From positions 1 through 32,000 of the forward strand of contig JBMYVL010000011.1 of NCBI GenBank assembly GCA_049606355.1: a stretch of 32,000 nucleotides of DNA, written 5' to 3'. Below the pieces are notes generated by a model. It was not told the DNA's origin. It searched no databases and saw only the letters and a program-made list of their open reading frames with translations. Position numbers and translations under genes: made by a program. This document shows, piece by piece, positions 10,168-18,990 of this stretch (its first letter is position 1; the number at the start of each line of letters is the position of its first letter). Source of the stretch: Opitutales bacterium (GTDB lineage Bacteria > Verrucomicrobiota > Verrucomicrobiia > Opitutales > Coraliomargaritaceae).

Positions 10168-10217
10168 GCCCCGGGAGTTGCCTAAGCACTTGCGCTCATT
10201 GGCACGGCACGGCATAG

Positions 10218-10868
10218 ATGACCCCCATGTTCCTAAGCGCGACTAGCCCGTTTAAACTACTCTTCGTCGGCGATTCGATCACCGACTGTGGACGCGATCG
10301 CAGCCAGCACGGCAGCGATTTGGGCAACGGCTATGTGCAGCAAGTGGATGCCCTGCTGCGCGCGCATCTGCCGCAGTTAGCGATACAAACACTCAATGTC
10401 GGTGTTTCCGGGAATCGTGTGACGGATCTGGAAGCGCGCTGGCAAGAAGATGTGCTCCACCAGAGTCCGGATTATGTCGCAATTTTGATCGGGATTAACG
10501 ATGTCTGGCGGCAGTTTGATGCACCCCACCTCCCACCGGTCACACTCGAGGCGTACGCTGAAACTCTGGAGGCATTGATTCGTCGGACCCGGTGCTCGAC
10601 ACAGGGGATGTGGATTCTCTCGCCGTTTTTTCTCGAAACAAATAAAGCGGATCCGATGCGGGCCATGATGGATCGTTACGGGGCCGCCGCACAAGCGGTT
10701 GCCAAGGCGCAGGGCCTTAGCTTTGTTGATTTGCAAGCAGCCTTTGATGCTTGGCTAAGCCACCAACCGACACAGCAATTGTGCGCTGACCGCGTCCATC
10801 CAAATGCGGTGGGTCACGCGATCATCGCCCGCGCCTTTTTACGGGCGCTGGGCTTTAATTGGACCTGA
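10218..10868 (+). CDS. SGNH/GDSL-family hydrolase (lipase/esterase-like)
   Basis: 216 aa. All four SGNH blocks are present: block I FVGDSITD, block II GVSGNRV, block III GINDV, block V DRVHPN. Confidence 0.8.
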   Translation: MTPMFLSATSPFKLLFVGDSITDCGRDRSQHGSDLGNGYVQQVDALLRAHLPQLAIQTLNVGVSGNRVTDLEARWQEDVLHQSPDYVAILIGINDVWRQFDAPHLPPVTLEAYAETLEALIRRTRCSTQGMWILSPFFLETNKADPMRAMMDRYGAAAQAVAKAQGLSFVDLQAAFDAWLSHQPTQQLCADRVHPNAVGHAIIARAFLRALGFNWT

Positions 10869-10874
10869 GCCAAC

Positions 10875-12278
10875 TCAAGCGTCGTCGCCCTTGGCGACTT
10901 TTTTTGCCCGCTTCCGCGCGGTTTTCTTAGTGGCAGATTTCTTTGCAGCCGTTTGGCTGCTGGCGGCTTTCGTTTTGGTGGTGCGCGCTTTGCTTGCAGC
11001 TGCAGATTTGCGGGCGACTTTTTTCACAGCGGCCTTTTTAACGGCTTTCTTGGTTGCAGTGGTTTTCGGGGTCGCCTTTGAGGCGGCCTTTTTCGGCGCT
11101 GCGGCTTCGGTTTGCGCCGTTGCCTCGGGGGGATTGGCAGTTGTTAAGTCCGAGCTCGCTGCGGTTTTGGTTTTCCGGCGCCCTTTGCTACTCGCGGGTT
11201 GTTGCCTGCGCTTGGCAGCTTTTTCGCTTTGAGCAGCTGGCTCTGGTGGGGTTTTGCCGGTGGCTTCGCTGGATGCATTGTCGGGCTGGTTGGCAACTGG
11301 CTCGCCACGCGACTTCGTGCGCCCTCGCCCGCCGCGCTTGCGGCGCGTTTTGCTGCTGCCCGTGCTCTTGCCGTCGCGACTGTGGTTCGCCTCGTAACGT
11401 TCGGGGCGCGCTTCAAAATCTTCGATGGCGGCGGCGATCCGTTCCTCCATCTCATCATCGCTATAGGGAATCACTCGTTCGATGCGATCGGCTGCTTTGG
11501 TTGCGATTGGTTCCGGCTCCGGCGGGCAATACGCCTGGGGTGGAAGGACGACTTGATTATAAGGATCCAGAGCTAGTGGTGTTTCAGGTAGCGCCTCGCC
11601 AGCGTCGGGGCTGAGTTGCGGATAAAGCGTGACTTCGCTGGGCACATTGGTGGCATGCGGGCTCAAGAGCGTTTCGAGAGTCCGTAGGACCGCTTTAGGG
11701 TCTATGCGGGACTGCGCGAGTTGCGCATCGCTGACTTTGGCACCGGGCAGGGCTTCGTTTTGGCGCAGAATGAGATTGGTTAGGCGCAGGCCCTGATCCC
11801 GACCTTGATCGAACAGCGCTTGATTCATTTCCCTTAAGCCGCCGAGAATTAAGGCATTGGCGGCACTGGCAGCGTGCCCGCTTTTGTTGGCGGGGATGAG
11901 ATGAATCAACTGCCCGCGAAAACGCAGTAGGTTAGGTAGAACCGCACGAGTGAGTAGGACAGGCCCAAGCAGCCCGACTTTGAGGATCGCTTCGAGGTTA
12001 CCGAGAGGCAGTTTCTCAAAGTCAGTGCCCGGGGTGATGTCCAGTGCGTGAATGAGGATATCCACACGCTGCTCGGCTTCCAAAATCGACGCAGCAGTGC
12101 TGTGGACGGCAGCGAGATCCGTCAGGTCGATCGCGTGAGCCATGAAATGAGGATCACTCCAGTTGACCTGTGCAAAATTGTTGCCGATGCCATGCACGCG
12201 GCAGCCCTGTTGAATCAGGTGCTGAACGATTTGTAGGCCGAGTGGCGTGTCGGCGCCGGTAATAATCGCAATGTCCAT
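10875..12278 (-). CDS. SDR-like Rossmann-fold protein (catalytic motifs degenerate) fused to a Lys/Ala/Thr-rich histone-H1-like basic tail
   Basis: 467 aa. The N-terminus MDIAIITGADTPLGLQIV... is an SDR-like fold of ~215 aa. Where the Y-x3-K motif is expected, the sequence reads HAASAANALILGG, with no Tyr or Lys. The last ~175 aa (about 10875-11411) are low-complexity and basic (KKAASKATPKTTATKKAVKKAAVKKVARK...KKSATKKTARKRAKKVAK). Confidence 0.75.
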   Translation of the reverse strand: MDIAIITGADTPLGLQIVQHLIQQGCRVHGIGNNFAQVNWSDPHFMAHAIDLTDLAAVHSTAASILEAEQRVDILIHALDITPGTDFEKLPLGNLEAILKVGLLGPVLLTRAVLPNLLRFRGQLIHLIPANKSGHAASAANALILGGLREMNQALFDQGRDQGLRLTNLILRQNEALPGAKVSDAQLAQSRIDPKAVLRTLETLLSPHATNVPSEVTLYPQLSPDAGEALPETPLALDPYNQVVLPPQAYCPPEPEPIATKAADRIERVIPYSDDEMEERIAAAIEDFEARPERYEANHSRDGKSTGSSKTRRKRGGRGRTKSRGEPVANQPDNASSEATGKTPPEPAAQSEKAAKRRQQPASSKGRRKTKTAASSDLTTANPPEATAQTEAAAPKKAASKATPKTTATKKAVKKAAVKKVARKSAAASKARTTKTKAASSQTAAKKSATKKTARKRAKKVAKGDDA

Positions 12279-12344
12279 AATAAATTTCTGAGTGGTGTAT
12301 CCGCCGCCTATACCCGCGCAGTCGGCAGCAAATAGAAACGATGC

Positions 12345-12992
12345 TTAATGGAGGTGTGCGCGCAGCTCGGCTAAGCTTTCGACGACCGGTGCACCTGTCG
12401 CCTGGAGCCGTGTGGGGCAATGGTGCCCGTGGGCGATCAGAATACAGTCGGCGCCGAGCGTTTCAGCGACCTCGTAGTCGTGCAGGGTGTCACCAATGAG
12501 TACAATCTCTGCCGGTGACCAATCCCCTTGTGCCAACCATTGCTGCCCCTGCTCAATTTTACCGCGGGCGTAAATATTGTCGCAGCCAACGAGCTCGGTG
12601 AAATGGGTGCCAATCCCGTAGTGGCGAATACCGGTCTCGAGCGCCTCTTGTTTGGCCGCCGAGAGTACTGAATGGCTGACTCCGAGCGCGCGCAGATCGT
12701 GCAGTACACTGGCTGCCTCCGGATGGAGCGAGCACTCCTCCAGCCAGCGGGCTTCGTAGGCATTTATAAATTCATGACTGACGGCCGCGAAGCTGTCCAC
12801 GTCGGTATCGAAGCCCAAATAATCGTAGAAGTGGACGACCGGAAAGCCGAAATGCATGCGGTAGTCATCTGCGGAGATCGCAGCCTTCCCCCGTTTCGCG
12901 AGTAAATCATTGAGCACCTCGACACACAGCCATGTATCGTCCAGCAGTGTGCCATTCCAATCCCAAATGACGTGTTTGTAGGGAGCCGCCAT
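12345..12992 (-). CDS. HAD-superfamily hydrolase (phosphoglycolate-phosphatase-like subfamily IA)
   Basis: 215 aa. Motif I is VIWDWNGTLLDD, motif II is SVLSAA, and the C-terminal motif is LIGDTLHDYEVAETLGA. The residue at nucleophile+2 is Asn rather than the usual Asp. Confidence 0.85.
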   Translation of the reverse strand: MAAPYKHVIWDWNGTLLDDTWLCVEVLNDLLAKRGKAAISADDYRMHFGFPVVHFYDYLGFDTDVDSFAAVSHEFINAYEARWLEECSLHPEAASVLHDLRALGVSHSVLSAAKQEALETGIRHYGIGTHFTELVGCDNIYARGKIEQGQQWLAQGDWSPAEIVLIGDTLHDYEVAETLGADCILIAHGHHCPTRLQATGAPVVESLAELRAHLH

Positions 12993-12993
12993 G

Positions 12994-13425
12994 TTAGTTC
13001 AATAAATCCGGCTTACGGCGGAACAAAACAACCGGTGGTTGCAGGAGCGCGATAAAAATCAAGCTGCCTTCTAAGCCGGGTACGCCGAGCTTTTGACCCT
13101 GCTCCGCCAGGGCCATGTAGGCGAACATAACGGATACAATCATAATAAAAACAAATCCGGCAGCGAGGGCGGTGAGCGCGATACAAGCAGGCGTCCACAG
13201 TCGTTCACTTAAGCGTTGGAAGGGCAAATTGAGCAGCAGCCCAAAAACGAGGTAGTAAACGGCTTGAATGGACTCAAACCAGTTGGTTTGGCCGCGCAGC
13301 AGCAACCAGAGCGCCCAGATCAACAAAGCGGCGCCCAGTGCGCGGCCCGCCAAGCGCGCATAGGTAAGGCCCTTATGGGTGGCGCTGCCCGGGCAGTCTG
13401 TCGTCGATTCTTGCGAAGCTTGCAT
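12994..13425 (-). CDS. small hypothetical integral membrane protein (about 4 TM)
   Basis: The ATG at 13425 gives MQASQESTT... followed by four hydrophobic segments. The track ORF begins at a GTG at 13437. The stop lies 1 nt before the HAD gene start, which suggests co-transcription. Confidence 0.5.
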   Translation of the reverse strand: MQASQESTTDCPGSATHKGLTYARLAGRALGAALLIWALWLLLRGQTNWFESIQAVYYLVFGLLLNLPFQRLSERLWTPACIALTALAAGFVFIMIVSVMFAYMALAEQGQKLGVPGLEGSLIFIALLQPPVVLFRRKPDLLN

Positions 13426-13587
13426 AAGGATACGCACCGCTCAAGGGCGGCGTGAGACTACAGGAAGCCCACCCGCCAAGCAGCCACCCCACGATATAGT
13501 GAACAAATTAGCATTTATTCTTGCCATGGAGATAAATCGAGCATACGGGTGTGTGGAACTACTTTTAATCTCGAAACAGTTACAAGC

Positions 13588-14661
13588 ATGGCCGCAAAAG
13601 CACAAATCAAAAAGACCGAACGCAGCCCCGAGGCTGACCGCAAGAATCTCGACCTCGCCATTTCCGGCATCAACAAACAGTTTGGGCCCGGCGCTTTGAT
13701 GCGCCTGGGTGAGGCCACCAAAATGGAGGTGGATGTGATCTCGACCGGCTCCATCGCAATTGACCTGACCTTGGGTATCGGTGGGCTGCCCCGCGGCCGC
13801 ATTTGTGAAATCTACGGACCAGAGAGTTCCGGTAAGACCACTTTTTGCCTGAGTGTGATCGCGCAAGCCCAGAAACAGGGCGGAAATGCGGTTTTTATCG
13901 ACGTGGAACATGCGCTCGATCCGCGCTACGCCAAGGTCGTTGGCGTGGATTTGGATAACCTCATGGTTTCGCAGCCGGAAAGCGGTGAAGATGCCCTCAA
14001 TATCACCGAAACCCTGATTCGTTCCGGTGCGGTGGATATTATTGTAGTGGATTCAGTGGCAGCGCTTGTCTCCAAAAATGAGTTGGATGGGCAAATGGGT
14101 GACACCACCGTGGGCCTGCAGGCGCGCATGATGAGCCAAGCAATGCGCCGTCTGACGGGCGCGATCAACAAAACCAACTGTGTGGTGCTGTTTACCAACC
14201 AAATTCGTGAAAAAATTGGGGTGATGTTCGGCAGCCCCGAAACCCAACCGGGTGGGCGCGCGTTGAAGTTCTTCTCTTCAGTACGCATGGATATACGCCG
14301 TATCGGTCAAATTAAGGAGTCGGCTGGAAAGGTCATCGGCAACCGTACGCGGCTCAAGGTGGTCAAAAACAAAGTCGCCCCACCCTTCACCGATTGCGAA
14401 TTTGACATCATGTACAACGAGGGCATCTCCCACTCCGGCTCCCTGGTGGACCTCGGTGTCGAGCATAAGTTGTTGGAGAAGAAGGGTTCGTGGGTTGCCT
14501 ACAACGGAGAGATGATCGGCCAGGGGCGTGAAGCGGCGAAACAGCACTTCATCGACAATCCCGATATTGCGGATGAGCTGACCCGCTTGATTATGGAGAA
14601 GGTTCAGCCGAAGGCGGGCGAATCGCTCACCGGAGAGGCGGAACCGGCCGCCGCTTCTTAG
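13588..14661 (+). CDS. recA: recombinase A
   Basis: From the ATG at 13588: MAAKAQIKK...ALMRLGE...[20 protein letters not shown] (Walker A)...VVDSVAAL...[30 protein letters not shown], canonical RecA. Confidence 0.95.
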   Translation: MAAKAQIKKTERSPEADRKNLDLAISGINKQFGPGALMRLGEATKMEVDVISTGSIAIDLTLGIGGLPRGRICEIYGPESSGKTTFCLSVIAQAQKQGGNAVFIDVEHALDPRYAKVVGVDLDNLMVSQPESGEDALNITETLIRSGAVDIIVVDSVAALVSKNELDGQMGDTTVGLQARMMSQAMRRLTGAINKTNCVVLFTNQIREKIGVMFGSPETQPGGRALKFFSSVRMDIRRIGQIKESAGKVIGNRTRLKVVKNKVAPPFTDCEFDIMYNEGISHSGSLVDLGVEHKLLEKKGSWVAYNGEMIGQGREAAKQHFIDNPDIADELTRLIMEKVQPKAGESLTGEAEPAAAS

Positions 14662-14779
14662 TGCCCTTCCAGTGCTTGCGTTTGAAGGGCCCGAGCGTCG
14701 GTTGCCGCCCCGGCTGTTGCTGCTGACTGCCGCATCGTACTTGACCCCCGCCGTGTTTCTTGGATCGTAACGGGCTTCT

Positions 14780-16141
14780 ATGTCCGTAACTGATACCATC
14801 GTAGCGCTCTCGACGCCCGTTGGCGAATCCGCCATTGCGCTGATTCGTCTTTCCGGGCCTGCTTGTCCGGCGATCGCTCAGGCGCTGCTGGGGCGTTCGC
14901 AAGCCTTGCAGCCGCGCTACGCATACTTTGGTAAGTATATTGACTGCAAGGGCTTACATTTGGATGACGGTGTGTTTACGCTGTTCGAGCAGGGACGCTC
15001 GTTTACGGGAGAGGCGATGTTGGAGATCGCCCCACACGGCAATCCATTGATCGTCCAAAAGATTTTAGAAGATCTGTACGCGCGGGGTTGCCGCCCCGCT
15101 CAACCCGGCGAGTTCACGCGCACCGCGTTCTTGAATGGAAAGCTGGATCTCAGCCAGGCCGAAGCGGTCGCAGATCTCATCCGCGCGCGCTCGGAGCGCA
15201 GTATCGGAGTTGCACAGCGCCAATTGCACGGCTCCGTTGGGCGCAAAATGAGTGAATTGACGGATGCGGTGCTGTCCGTCATGGCGCAGATTGAGGCGTA
15301 TATTGATTTTCCGGAAGAAGATCTACCGGACGAGGAGCAAGCGGGACCCGCCCAAGACTTGCGCGCGGTGATTCAGCAGTTGCGCAATCTTATTGAAACG
15401 CAGCACTACTCTGCCCTCCTACACGAGGGTATAAAGACCTTAATTGTCGGCGAACCAAACGTTGGGAAGAGTAGCCTTATCAACGCTCTAACCGGCTCTG
15501 AGCGTGCGATTGTGAGCGATGTGCCCGGAACGACGCGTGATTTCATCGCGTCGTTTCTGATGCTGGGTTCCTGGCGTATCGAGATTTTGGATACAGCAGG
15601 TTTACACGAGGCAGGGGATGCGATTGAGCAGATTGGCATTCAACACACGATCGAGCAGGCAGAAACGGCGGACTTCTTCCTTTTGGTACTCGATGCGACC
15701 ACTCCCTCCCCCACCCTGCCGGCGTCTTTGTTGGCGCGAATGACACCGAAGAACACCCTGATTCTAGAGAATAAGACCGATCTGGCGGCGGCCCGCGACC
15801 ACGGGGAGTTTTTGCCGGAGTTGACGCACTGTGCCCTCTCCCTTAAAACTCAGGATGGCCTGCAGGCCTTTCGTGACGCATGGTTGGCAGCGATTGACGC
15901 TGGCCTACAGGAACCGATCGGCACGGATGGCGTCGTCGTCAATGCACGGCATGCGGCTGCGCTGGCGGAATCGGCCGCTGCGCTGGAAGCTGCGGCGACG
16001 AAACTCAAGGAAGGTGAATTATCGGAGCTGATCGCGGCTGACTTGCGCGACGCGGTTGAATCCATTGGCGCGGTGGTTGGCCGTGTCGACAATGAACGCA
16101 TGCTGGATCGTTTGTTTCAGCAATTTTGTATCGGGAAATGA
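14780..16141 (+). CDS. mnmE: tRNA modification GTPase MnmE
   Basis: 453 aa. It has the N-terminal DTIVALSTP motif, the G-domain motifs [10 protein letters not shown] and DTAG, and the diagnostic C-terminal FCIGK. Confidence 0.93.
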   Translation: MSVTDTIVALSTPVGESAIALIRLSGPACPAIAQALLGRSQALQPRYAYFGKYIDCKGLHLDDGVFTLFEQGRSFTGEAMLEIAPHGNPLIVQKILEDLYARGCRPAQPGEFTRTAFLNGKLDLSQAEAVADLIRARSERSIGVAQRQLHGSVGRKMSELTDAVLSVMAQIEAYIDFPEEDLPDEEQAGPAQDLRAVIQQLRNLIETQHYSALLHEGIKTLIVGEPNVGKSSLINALTGSERAIVSDVPGTTRDFIASFLMLGSWRIEILDTAGLHEAGDAIEQIGIQHTIEQAETADFFLLVLDATTPSPTLPASLLARMTPKNTLILENKTDLAAARDHGEFLPELTHCALSLKTQDGLQAFRDAWLAAIDAGLQEPIGTDGVVVNARHAAALAESAAALEAAATKLKEGELSELIAADLRDAVESIGAVVGRVDNERMLDRLFQQFCIGK

Positions 16142-18060
16142 GCGGAGGTTTGCGGCACGGGCCCCAGCAGCCCTATGATGTGATTGTCTGCGGTGGTGGC
16201 CACGCGGGCGCTGAAGCCGCGCTGGCAGCGGCGCGCCTGGGCGCGGCGACCTTGCTCCTGACCGGCAATTTGGACACCGTCGCGCAGATGAGCTGCAATC
16301 CCGCAATTGGCGGCCAGGCCAAGGGGCACATGGTGCGTGAAATCGATGCCCTCGGGGGCGAGATGGCGGTCAATACCGACACCACCGCCATACAGTTTCG
16401 TTTGCTGAACGCCAGCAAGGGCCCCGCCGTGCAGGCGCCGCGCGCGCAGTGCGACAAGAAGGCCTACCAGTACCGGATGAAGCACGTGTTGGAGTTGCAG
16501 GCCAATCTCGACCTGTTTCAGGCGACGGTGGACAAGCTGATTTACCGCAATGGCGCCGCAGTCGGGGTGTCCACCAACCTGGAGGTCGATTTTTATGCGC
16601 AAACCGTGGTGGTGACCACGGGCACCTTTTTGCGCGGCCTGATGCACGTCGGGCAAAACAAGAACGAGGGCGGGCGCATGGGCGACTTCAGCGCCAAGGG
16701 GCTGTCGGCCTCCTTCCTGGAGGCGGGCATTGAGCTGCAGCGCCTTAAAACCGGCACGCCCGCGCGCATTCTGGGCAGCAGCATCGATTTCAGCCAACTG
16801 GAGGAGCAGCGCGGCGACGCGCAACCGACCCTGTTTGGCTTTTACGACACCCGCGGCATGGCGGACGCGTTCCACGTGGAACCCTCGGCCGCCGGAGCCG
16901 CGGCGCAGGAACTGTTCCACGTGGAACACCGCGGCCAGCGCAAGTTGGGCTGGCTGCCGGGCCAGGACCAGGTCTCCTGCTGGATCACCTACACCAGTGC
17001 GGCCACCCAGGCGGTGGTGCGCGACAACCTGCACCTGTCGGCGATGTACTCCGGCGAAATTGAGGGCACCGGGCCGCGCTACTGCCCGAGCATCGAAGAT
17101 AAATTCGTGCGCTTTGCCGACAAGGACCGCCACATGCTGTTTCTCGAGCCGGAAGGGCGCCACACCAACGAGTGGTACATCAACGGCCTGTCGACCAGCT
17201 TGCCCTTCGCGGTGCAGTTGCAAATGCTGCGCAGCATCCCCGGCCTGGAGCAGGTGCACATGTTGCGCCCAGCCTATGCGGTCGAGTATGATTTTGCGCC
17301 GCCCACACAGCTGTATCCCTCGCTGGAATCGAAACGGGTGGAGAATTTGTTCTTCGCCGGGCAGATCAACGGCACCTCTGGCTACGAGGAGGCCGCGGCG
17401 CAGGGCCTGCTGGCTGGCGTGAATGCCGTGCAAAAGCTGCGGGGAGGGGAGCCGCTGGTGCTGCAGCGCCACGAGGCTTACATCGGCGTGTTGATTGACG
17501 ATTTGGTCACCAAGGGCACACAGGAGCCCTACCGTATGTTTACCAGCCGCGCCGAGCACCGTTTGCTGTTCAACCACGGCAGCGCCGAGTTGCGCCTACT
17601 GGCGCACAGCAAGCGTTTGGGCCTGGTCGACTCGGCCCGAATGGAGCGCATGGAGCTCAAGCAGCAGCTCGTGGAGGACTGGGTGGCTCGCATGGAGACA
17701 GAGCGCACTGGTGGTCAGCTGTATGCGGATTGCTTGCGCCGCACGCGCTCGCAGGCGGACTTTCCCGCAGAGCTGCAGGCGGCTTCGGCCAGCGTGCGCG
17801 ACGAAGTTTACTACCGCGTGGTCTTTCGCGGCTACCTGGAGCGCGAGGCCAAGCAAATTGAGAAAATGCGCCACGTAGACCGCATAAAAATTCCAGAAGA
17901 CATTGATTATAAGTTGGTTGCAGGCTTAAGGCAGGAGAGTGCCGAGAAGCTCACGCACATCGCGCCGCGCACGCTGGGGCAGGCGAGTCGTATCAGCGGC
18001 GTCAACCCCGCGGACATCAGTATCCTCATGGTGTATCTGGAGTCCCGCTGCAAAGCGTGA
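16138..18060 (+). CDS. mnmG: tRNA uridine 5-carboxymethylaminomethyl modification enzyme MnmG (GidA)
   Basis: The ATG at 16138 overlaps the mnmE stop (ATGA). Motifs are [16 protein letters not shown] (FAD), [20 protein letters not shown] and [19 protein letters not shown]. The product is 640 aa. Confidence 0.95.
   Translation: MSGGLRHGPQQPYDVIVCGGGHAGAEAALAAARLGAATLLLTGNLDTVAQMSCNPAIGGQAKGHMVREIDALGGEMAVNTDTTAIQFRLLNASKGPAVQAPRAQCDKKAYQYRMKHVLELQANLDLFQATVDKLIYRNGAAVGVSTNLEVDFYAQTVVVTTGTFLRGLMHVGQNKNEGGRMGDFSAKGLSASFLEAGIELQRLKTGTPARILGSSIDFSQLEEQRGDAQPTLFGFYDTRGMADAFHVEPSAAGAAAQELFHVEHRGQRKLGWLPGQDQVSCWITYTSAATQAVVRDNLHLSAMYSGEIEGTGPRYCPSIEDKFVRFADKDRHMLFLEPEGRHTNEWYINGLSTSLPFAVQLQMLRSIPGLEQVHMLRPAYAVEYDFAPPTQLYPSLESKRVENLFFAGQINGTSGYEEAAAQGLLAGVNAVQKLRGGEPLVLQRHEAYIGVLIDDLVTKGTQEPYRMFTSRAEHRLLFNHGSAELRLLAHSKRLGLVDSARMERMELKQQLVEDWVARMETERTGGQLYADCLRRTRSQADFPAELQAASASVRDEVYYRVVFRGYLEREAKQIEKMRHVDRIKIPEDIDYKLVAGLRQESAEKLTHIAPRTLGQASRISGVNPADISILMVYLESRCKA
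16869..16927. repeat. two copies of the 14-bp perfect palindrome GTTCCACGTGGAAC separated by 31 bp, in frame within mnmG
   Basis: Read directly from the sequence: copy 1 at 16869-16882, copy 2 at 16914-16927. Each is self-complementary, so the pair also forms a 14-bp perfect inverted repeat with a 31-nt loop. Each copy encodes F-H-V-E. Confidence 0.95.
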
Positions 18061-18285
18061 ACCTTTGAGGGTATTTTAAAGTCTTCTTGTGTGGCAACAG
18101 CGGCCGGAAGTGTGGCTATTGAGTGACGAGACCGTGACGACAGGGTTAAATTTTGAGTATTATGCTTTTTTGCCATATTAAATAATTGATGTGCAATCGC
18201 TTGTTTACCATTTTGCTGAATGATCAGATTGTCCGATAACTTTGTAAGAAGTTACTTAACAATAATTTAGATCAATCATTAAGTT

Positions 18286-18990
18286 ATGTCCACCAATCCC
18301 CCTAAGCGAATCTTAGTCGTTGATGATGAGCCGGATGTCACCGAGTTGTTGAAGTACCAGCTGGATCAGGCGGGCTACCGCTGTGAAATTTTGAATGATC
18401 CGCTGGCGTTTGTTGGGTGCTCGCGGGAATTTAAGCCGGACTTAATAATCTTAGATATCATGATGCCTGAATTGAGCGGCATTCAGTTGTGTCGCATCGC
18501 GCGTTCAGACCCCAGCATGCGTGCGATTCCAATTATTTTCCTGACGGCGCGCGGCGAGGCCGAAGATCGTGTCAAAGGGCTCGAAGTAGGCGCGGACGAC
18601 TACATCCCTAAGCCGTTTAGCATCAAAGAGTTGGTTTTGCGCGTCGGAAACGTGTTGAAGCGCGGGCAGGAACCCAGCGAGCAGGGTGTCGCCTCGCGTA
18701 TCGAAATAGGTGGCGTCGTGATTGACCAGGAACTCCATGAGGTGCAGGTGGACGGAAGGGGTGTCACCCTGACCGCGACCGAATTCCGCTTGTTGAAGTT
18801 ATTGATGGAGCGCAAGGGGCGCGTGCAGTCGCGTGAGAACTTGCTGGTGAATGTGTGGCATTATGATAGCGATATCGAAACGCGTACTGTCGACACACAT
18901 GTGCGGCGCTTACGTGAGAAATTAGGCCCTTGTGCGCATTTGATCGAGACGGTGCGCGGGGTGGGGTACCGCGCCGTTGAAATCGAATGA
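18286..18990 (+). CDS. OmpR/PhoB-family response regulator
   Basis: 234 aa. The receiver domain has ILVVDDEPD...DLIILDIMMPELSG...KPF. The winged-helix output domain has LTATEFRLLKLL...TVDTHVRRLREKL...VRGVGYR. Confidence 0.9.
   Translation: MSTNPPKRILVVDDEPDVTELLKYQLDQAGYRCEILNDPLAFVGCSREFKPDLIILDIMMPELSGIQLCRIARSDPSMRAIPIIFLTARGEAEDRVKGLEVGADDYIPKPFSIKELVLRVGNVLKRGQEPSEQGVASRIEIGGVVIDQELHEVQVDGRGVTLTATEFRLLKLLMERKGRVQSRENLLVNVWHYDSDIETRTVDTHVRRLREKLGPCAHLIETVRGVGYRAVEIE

Noticed and set aside
10804-11614. ORFs of 142 aa and 186 aa on the + strand that look like hydrophobic membrane proteins (FFAAVWLLAAFVLVV...).
   Set aside because: They are the mirror image of the Lys/Ala-rich tail on the minus strand: AAG/AAA/GCC codons read backwards as CTT/TTT/GGC. 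The minus-strand gene has a genuine SDR-like N-terminal domain in the same continuous frame.
13438-13587. Search for a canonical LexA/SOS box upstream of recA.
   Set aside because: I found no CTGT-N8-ACAG, GAAC-N4-GTTC or TGTTC-N4-GAACA match. Only the non-canonical imperfect repeat reported as a low-interest finding is present.
14663-14690. Hairpin GCCCTTC-N14-GAAGGGC just after the recA stop, considered as a terminator.
   Set aside because: It has a 7-bp stem, a large loop and no downstream U-tract. This is not enough to call an intrinsic terminator.
16117-17577. 486-aa ORF antisense to mnmG, the longest unexplained ORF in the track.
   Set aside because: It lies entirely inside the unmistakable mnmG gene. 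Its product is Ala/Gly/Arg/Leu/His/Gln-rich with no motif. The local 65-80% GC with high GC3 removes stop codons from the antisense frame. It is a classic shadow ORF.
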